DNA of 64,000 bases from assembly GCA_963764715.1 (NCBI GenBank), contig CAVXTP010000014.1:1-64000 (forward strand), written 5' to 3'. The notes under the pieces are model-generated. The model was given only the letters and a program-made list of their open reading frames with translations, was not told the origin of the DNA and ran no database searches. Position numbers and translations under genes: made by a program. The stretch is from an uncultured Acidobacteriota bacterium (lineage in GTDB: Bacteria > Acidobacteriota > Thermoanaerobaculia > UBA5066 > Gp7-AA6). This document shows positions 58,680 through 64,000 of the stretch, one piece after another. The first letter of the stretch is position 1, and each line of letters begins with the position of its first letter.

Positions 58680-60175
58680 GGGGCCCCCGCCGGCGCCGTC
58701 TCGAGCGCGCGCGTCAGCGCCTCGCGGACCGCTGCCGGGTCCGCCCGGCCGCCGGTCTTCTTCATGACCTGCCCGACGAACCAGCCGAACGTCTGGGTCT
58801 TGCCGGAACGGTACAGCGCGACCTGGGAGGGGTTCGACCCCACGATCTCGGCGATCGCCGCGTCGAGCGCCCCGCTGTCGCGCAGCGCGCCGAGCCCCTT
58901 CTCCTCCACGATCGCGGCGGCCTCCGCCGGCGAGTCGAGCATCGCGGCGAAGACCTCCTTCGCCGACGCCGCGGAGATCGCCCCCGACTCGGCGAGGCCG
59001 AGCAGGCCCGCGAGACGGGCCGGGGAAATCGGGAAGGACGAGGCCTCCTCGGCGGAAATCCGGCGCTCCTTCATGAAGCGCAGAACCTCGCCGGTGACCC
59101 AGTTCGACGCGAGCTTCGGCGGCGCTCCGGACTTCAGGGTCCGTTCGAAGTAGTCGGCCAGCTCGCGCGCCGAGACGAGCGTTTCGGCGTCCTGGGGCGC
59201 CAGGCCGTAATCCTTCACGAAGCGCGCGCGGCGGGCGCGCGGGAGCTCCGGCATCCCGGCGACCGACTCCGCGATCCAGGCCTCGTCGACGGCGAGCAGC
59301 CCCAGGTCCGGCTCCGGGAAATAGCGGTAGTCGTGCGCCTCCTCCTTGCCGCGCATCGAGACCGTCCGGCCGGCCTTCTCGTCCCAGAGGCGGGTCTCCT
59401 GCACGATCTTCTCGCCCCGGGCGAGCGCCTCCGCCTGCCGCTCGATCTCGTGCTCGATCGCCTTCGCCACGAAGCGGATCGAGTTGAGATTCTTGATCTC
59501 GACCCGCGTGCCGAAGGGCGCGGCCTCCGAGGGGCGCACCGAGACGTTGGCGTCGCAGCGCAGGTTGCCCTTCTCCATGTCGCCGTCGCAGACGCCGGTG
59601 TAGCGGACGAGCCGCCGGAGCTCCGTCAGGTACGCGGCGGCCTCCTCGGCGGTGCGCACGTCGGGCTCCGAGACGATCTCGCAGAGCGGCACGCCCGCCC
59701 GGTTCCAGTCGACGAGCGAGACGTCGGTCGGCACGTCGGCGTAGGGCGTGTCGTGAAGGAGCTTGCCGGCGTCCTCCTCGATGTGGATGCGCACCAGCCG
59801 GATCGACTTCTCGCCGAGGGGCGTGTCGATCGCGATCGCGCCTCCGGTCGAGAAGGGCCGGTCGTACTGGGTGATCTGGTAGCCCTTGGGAAGGTCCGGG
59901 TAGAAGTAGTTCTTCCGCGCGAACTGGGACTCCGGGTGGATCGTCGCCCCGGCCGCCTTCGCGAGCCGCAGGGCGAGCGTCACGGCCTGGCGATTGAGGA
60001 CCGGGAGAGTTCCCGGAAAGCCCAGGCAGATCGGGCAGGTGGCCGAGTTGGGCGGCGCACCGACGGTCACGGGACAGGCGCAGAAGATCTTCGAGCGGGT
60101 CTGGAGCTGGGCGTGGACCTCGAGCCCGATGACCGGAAAGACCCTGATTTTACTGGGCGTTTCGGCTGCCGGCAC
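58676..60175 (-). CDS. gatB: Asp/Glu-tRNA amidotransferase subunit B
   Basis: VIGLEVHAQL, RKNYFYPDLPKGYQ, HIEEDAGK, LRCDANVS and YRYFPEPDL. Confidence 0.99.
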   Translation of the reverse strand: MPAAETPSKIRVFPVIGLEVHAQLQTRSKIFCACPVTVGAPPNSATCPICLGFPGTLPVLNRQAVTLALRLAKAAGATIHPESQFARKNYFYPDLPKGYQITQYDRPFSTGGAIAIDTPLGEKSIRLVRIHIEEDAGKLLHDTPYADVPTDVSLVDWNRAGVPLCEIVSEPDVRTAEEAAAYLTELRRLVRYTGVCDGDMEKGNLRCDANVSVRPSEAAPFGTRVEIKNLNSIRFVAKAIEHEIERQAEALARGEKIVQETRLWDEKAGRTVSMRGKEEAHDYRYFPEPDLGLLAVDEAWIAESVAGMPELPRARRARFVKDYGLAPQDAETLVSARELADYFERTLKSGAPPKLASNWVTGEVLRFMKERRISAEEASSFPISPARLAGLLGLAESGAISAASAKEVFAAMLDSPAEAAAIVEEKGLGALRDSGALDAAIAEIVGSNPSQVALYRSGKTQTFGWFVGQVMKKTGGRADPAAVREALTRALETAPAGAP

Positions 60176-60214
60176 CGACGAATATTAACACGCGGCCTCC
60201 CCTACAATGCATCC

Positions 60215-60946
60215 GTGGACTGGATCGAGGAGACCCGCGAGGACATCGTCGCCATCCGGCCGGCGAACGCGCCGGAAGGCGTCGTCGTCGCGTTCTCGGG
60301 ACGCGGCGTGGCTCCGGCCGACGAGGCGACGCCGACCGCGTACCTCGCGCGGCGCTTCTCGCGCTCGATCGGACTCGACGGAACGCCGATCCACTGGGCC
60401 CACCAGGTCCACGGGAACGATGCGACGACGGTCCATGCGGCGGCCCGCGGCGAGCCGAACGTCGGGCACTGCGACATCCTCGCGACGGCGCTTCCGGGCG
60501 CCGCTGTCGTCGTCCAGTCCGCCGACTGCGTGCCGATCCTGCTCGCGGCCCCACCGGCCGTCGGTGCGGCGCATGCCGGCTGGCGCGGCTCGGCGAAGAA
60601 CGTGGCCGCCGCGGCGGTCCGCGCCCTCGCCGCGCTCGGCGCGGCGCCCGAGACGCTCCGGGCCTGGATCGGCCCGGCGATCGGGCCCTGCTGCTACGAG
60701 GTCGGCGGCGAGGTCGCCGCACAGTTCGCCGGAGACTTCGTCCGCGCGGGCTGCGGCGGCGGGTTCCGTTTGGACCTGAAGCGCGTCAACGCGGCCCAGC
60801 TCGTGTCCGCGGGCGTCCCCGAAGAGTCGATCGCCGTGCATCCCGCGTGCACGAAGTGCGGCGGCGTGCGCTGGGCGAGCTACCGGCGGGACGGGCCGAA
60901 GGCGGGGAGGATGATTGCGCTGATCGCGAAAGTCCCCCGGGCGTAG
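60215..60946 (+). CDS. pgeF: PgeF/YfiH (polyphenol oxidase family) protein
   Basis: HQVHG, SADCVPILL, AHAGWRG, GPAIGPCCYEV and SYRR. Confidence 0.9.
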   Translation: MDWIEETREDIVAIRPANAPEGVVVAFSGRGVAPADEATPTAYLARRFSRSIGLDGTPIHWAHQVHGNDATTVHAAARGEPNVGHCDILATALPGAAVVVQSADCVPILLAAPPAVGAAHAGWRGSAKNVAAAAVRALAALGAAPETLRAWIGPAIGPCCYEVGGEVAAQFAGDFVRAGCGGGFRLDLKRVNAAQLVSAGVPEESIAVHPACTKCGGVRWASYRRDGPKAGRMIALIAKVPRA

Positions 60947-60967
60947 GGGCGGGGCTCGTCCCCGCCC
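60943..60967 (+). repeat. GTAG-family REP
   Basis: GTAG followed by palindrome GGGCGGGG-CTCGT-CCCCGCCC, between convergent pgeF and uvrD. Confidence 0.65.
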
Positions 60968-60976
60968 TCGGCCGCT

Positions 60977-63127
60977 CTACGCGGGCGTCAGATCCGCGTA
61001 GCGCGCAACGAACTTCTTCTTGCCGGCGCGGTCGAAGTACACCGTCAGGCGAGTCTCCTCCCCGGATCCCTCCTCGCCGAGGATGACGCCGTAGCCGTAG
61101 CGGGGATGACGGACGCGCCGGCCTCGGCGCAGCGGCCGGTCGTCGACCTCCTGGTTCTCGTCCTCGGCCTCGGCGACGAACGAGCGTCCCGAGAAGACCG
61201 GCGGCGCCGGGCGGCCGAACATCCGCTCTTCGATCGCCGACTTCGGAATCTCGTCGACGAAGCGGGAGGGCCGCCTCGGCTCGACGCGGCCGTAGACCAG
61301 GCGCCGGTCGGCGAGCGTCACCGTCAGGGAGTCCTTGGCCCGGGTCATCCCGACGTACATCAGCCGCCGCTCCTCCTCGAGTTCCTCCTCGTCCTCGGCC
61401 GACTGGCCGTGCGGGAGGTACCCCTCCTCCAGTCCGACGAGGAACACCTGGGCGAACTCGAGGCCCTTCGCCGCGTGAAGCGTCGAGAGGGTCACGGCGC
61501 CTCCGCTTTCGATGGCGTCCTCGTTCGTCGCGAGCGCCACGGTGTCGAGGTACTCGGCGACCGTCGAGTCCTCGGCGTTGCGGCGCTCGAACTCGCGGGC
61601 CGAGGACAGGAGCTCCCGGATGTTCTCCCGGCGCGCGACGTCGTCGCGGTCCTCGGAGCCCTCGTACAGGGCGCCGTAGCCCGTGATCGCCAGCAGGTGC
61701 TCGAGGAGCTCCGACGGCTTCGACGTCTCGACCCGGGCGTGGAGCTCTTCGACGATGTCCCGGAAACGCGCCAGGGCGGTGCGCGCGCGGTCCGGCACGC
61801 CGACGGGATCGGCCGAGACCTCCCACCAGGACTTGCCGGTCTCCCGCACCGCGGCGGCGAGCTTGTCGAGCGTCGCGGCGCCGATGCCGCGCGCGGGAAC
61901 GTTGACGACGCGCCGGAAGGCGAGGTCGTCCTGCGGCCGGGCCGCGAGGCGGAGGTACGCGAGGACGTCCTTGACCTCCGCGCGCTCGTAGAACTTCATG
62001 CCCCCGACGACGACGTAGGGAATGCGCCGGCGCACGAGGTCCTCCTCGAAGGGCCGGGACTGCGCATTGGTGCGGTAGAGGATCGCGATCTCGCCGGGGG
62101 AGCGGCCGGAGCCCGCGATCTCGCGCGACACGGCCTCGACCTCGGCGCGATCCTCTTCGAAGTGCCAGAGGCGCACGGCCGCGCCGTCGCCGCGGTCGGC
62201 GCGGAGCTTCTTCTCGCGCCGGCGCCGGTTGTGGGACACGACGCCGGAGGCCGCCGCGAGGATCTTCGCCGTCGAGCGGTAGTTGGCTTCGAGCGCGATG
62301 ACCCGCGCCCCGGGGAAGTCCTCCTCGAACCGGAGGATGTGCTCGATCTCGGCGCCCCGCCAGCGGTAGATCGACTGGTCCTCGTCCCCGACGGCGCAGA
62401 GCGAGTCGGCCTCCGTGCCGAGCAGCTTGACCAGCGCGTCCTGCGAGGAGTTGGTGTCCTGGTACTCGTCGATGAGGAGGTGGCGGACGCGCCGCCGCTC
62501 CTCGGCCGCGACCTGCGCGTTGGAGGAAAGCAGGCGCACGGATCGCCCGATGAGGTCGTCGAAGTCGAGGGCGCCGGTCGAGGCGAGCTTCTTCTCGTAG
62601 AGGGCGTAGACCTGGCCGATCCGCTCCCCGGCGAAGTCCGTCTGCTCGGCCCGGAAACGCTCGACCGAGACGAGCGCGTTCTTGGCCTGGGAGATCCGGG
62701 AGCGCACCGCATTGGCGGGCAGGACGTCGGTCGAGAAGCCGAGCTCCTCCATCGCCTCCTTCACGAGCGCCATCTGGTCGCCCGAATCCGCGATCGAGAA
62801 CCGCGGCGGCAGATTCGCCTCCCGGGCGCGGCGGCGCAGCAGGCGCAGGCACCACGAGTGGAACGTGCCGACGAACGACGGGAGCGGCGCTTTCCCCACG
62901 AGGGCCTGCGCCCGTTCGCGCATCTCCCCCGCCGCCTTGTTCGTGAAGGTGACCGCCGCGATCGTGCGCGAATCGACCCCGGCCTGAACCAGACGCGCCA
63001 GCCGGTGGGTGATGACGCGAGTCTTGCCCGAGCCTGCCCCGGCGAGGACGAGGAGCGGGCCCCGGTCGTGGAGGACGGCTTCGCGCTGCTCGGGATTCAG
63101 CCGGTCGAGGAGGGAGTCGTTCGGCAC
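60977..63127 (-). CDS. uvrD: UvrD/PcrA superfamily 1 helicase
   Basis: LAGAGSGKT, TFTNKAA, IDEYQDTN, VGDEDQSIY, LHAAKGLEF and EERRLMYVGMTRA; C-terminal Tudor-like domain. Confidence 0.95.
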   Translation of the reverse strand: MPNDSLLDRLNPEQREAVLHDRGPLLVLAGAGSGKTRVITHRLARLVQAGVDSRTIAAVTFTNKAAGEMRERAQALVGKAPLPSFVGTFHSWCLRLLRRRAREANLPPRFSIADSGDQMALVKEAMEELGFSTDVLPANAVRSRISQAKNALVSVERFRAEQTDFAGERIGQVYALYEKKLASTGALDFDDLIGRSVRLLSSNAQVAAEERRRVRHLLIDEYQDTNSSQDALVKLLGTEADSLCAVGDEDQSIYRWRGAEIEHILRFEEDFPGARVIALEANYRSTAKILAAASGVVSHNRRRREKKLRADRGDGAAVRLWHFEEDRAEVEAVSREIAGSGRSPGEIAILYRTNAQSRPFEEDLVRRRIPYVVVGGMKFYERAEVKDVLAYLRLAARPQDDLAFRRVVNVPARGIGAATLDKLAAAVRETGKSWWEVSADPVGVPDRARTALARFRDIVEELHARVETSKPSELLEHLLAITGYGALYEGSEDRDDVARRENIRELLSSAREFERRNAEDSTVAEYLDTVALATNEDAIESGGAVTLSTLHAAKGLEFAQVFLVGLEEGYLPHGQSAEDEEELEEERRLMYVGMTRAKDSLTVTLADRRLVYGRVEPRRPSRFVDEIPKSAIEERMFGRPAPPVFSGRSFVAEAEDENQEVDDRPLRRGRRVRHPRYGYGVILGEEGSGEETRLTVYFDRAGKKKFVARYADLTPA

Positions 63128-63153
63128 CGCCGGATCATAAGACAGACAGTGCG

Positions 63154-63174
63154 CCGCCTGCCGCCTGCCGCCTG
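63154..63174. repeat. (CCGCCTG)3 heptamer array
   Basis: Three exact units just after the glmS stop. Confidence 0.65.
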
Positions 63175-63175
63175 A

Positions 63176-64000
63176 CTACTCCACCGTCACCGACTTCGCG
63201 AGATTCCTCGGCTGGTCCACGTCGCACCCGCGCCGGACGGCGACGTGGTACGCGAAGAGCTGCAGCGGGACGACCGACACGATCGGCTGGAGCTCCGGGA
63301 TCGTCTCGGGCACCAGGATCACGTGGTCCGCGATCGACGCGAGCTCGTCGTCGGGCCGCGTCCCGAGCACGATCGCGATGCCGTCGCGCGACTTGACCTC
63401 GCGCAGATTCGAGATGGTCTTTTCGCGCCAGGCGTCGTGGGGCGCGAGCACGAAGACCGGCAGGTTCTCGTCGACGAGCGCGATCGGGCCGTGTTTCATC
63501 TCGCCGGCGGGGTATCCCTCGGCGTGGATGTAGGAGATCTCCTTGAGCTTCAGGGCTCCCTCGAGCGCCACGGGATAATGCAGTCCGCGGCCGAGAAAGA
63601 GGAAGTCCTTCGCGTGCTGGTAACGCCGCGCGAGGTCCTCGATCTGGGGCTCGATCGCGATGGCATCGCCCACGGCCTTCGGCAGGTGCGCCAGGGCCCG
63701 CCGCTCCTCCGGGGACAGGACGGGGGCGAGGCCGCGCGCCGCGCGGATCTTCGCGGCCAGCAGGAAGAGAACGGCGAGCTGGGTCGTGAAGGCCTTGGTC
63801 GAGGCGACGCCGATCTCGGGGCCGGCGTGCGTCGGGAAGACGGCGTCGGCCATCCGGGCGATCTGGCTCCCGGGCACGTTGACGATCGCCGCGATCGGCG
63901 AGCCCGAGCGCCGGGCTTCCGAGAGCGCGGCGACCGTGTCGGCCGTCTCGCCCGACTGCGAGATCCCGATCGTCAGCGTCCGGCCGTCCACGACGGGCCG
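63176..64000 (-). CDS. glmS: Glutamine-fructose-6-phosphate transaminase (3' part)
   Basis: ISQSGETADT, GPEIGVASTKAF, EGALKLKEISY, EMKHGP and DQPRNLAKSVTVE. Confidence 0.98.
   Translation of the reverse strand, partial: RPVVDGRTLTIGISQSGETADTVAALSEARRSGSPIAAIVNVPGSQIARMADAVFPTHAGPEIGVASTKAFTTQLAVLFLLAAKIRAARGLAPVLSPEERRALAHLPKAVGDAIAIEPQIEDLARRYQHAKDFLFLGRGLHYPVALEGALKLKEISYIHAEGYPAGEMKHGPIALVDENLPVFVLAPHDAWREKTISNLREVKSRDGIAIVLGTRPDDELASIADHVILVPETIPELQPIVSVVPLQLFAYHVAVRRGCDVDQPRNLAKSVTVE

Overview
High-GC bacterial chromosomal window with about 57 protein-coding genes. The gene content (lpxC, a Hanks kinase-TonB fusion, DUF4388, TPR proteins) suggests a diderm such as Acidobacteriota; this taxonomy is inferred. 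The flanks are mostly housekeeping: uvrA (frameshifted near the window edge, probably sequence error), marC, a PAS-GGDEF-EAL protein, smpB, lpxC, ftcD, nadE, glyA, dgt, folC, accD, a BtuFCD-like ABC importer, yebC, ruvC, an OmpA-family gene, ftsEX, gatB, pgeF, uvrD/pcrA and partial glmS. The main accessory region is a ~19 kb minus-strand cluster at 38.0-57.0 kb. It encodes three exported Cys-type sulfatases, a collapsed remnant of a fourth, an octaheme cytochrome c/HEAT/TPR lipoprotein, three outer-membrane barrels, an exported HAD hydrolase and a FixLJ-like regulatory module with a candidate palindromic operator; no sulfatase maturase is in the window. Other notable items are a pseudo-receiver/Ser-Thr kinase/TonB-C fusion upstream of the ABC importer, a CxxCH prenyltransferase-fold/ankyrin gene splitting accD-folC, an orphan diiron ferritin-like protein, several REP-like and heptamer repeats, and many apparently leaderless genes. 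No tRNA, rRNA, tmRNA, CRISPR array, integrase or transposase was recognised. All family assignments come from motif recognition by eye, not database searches.
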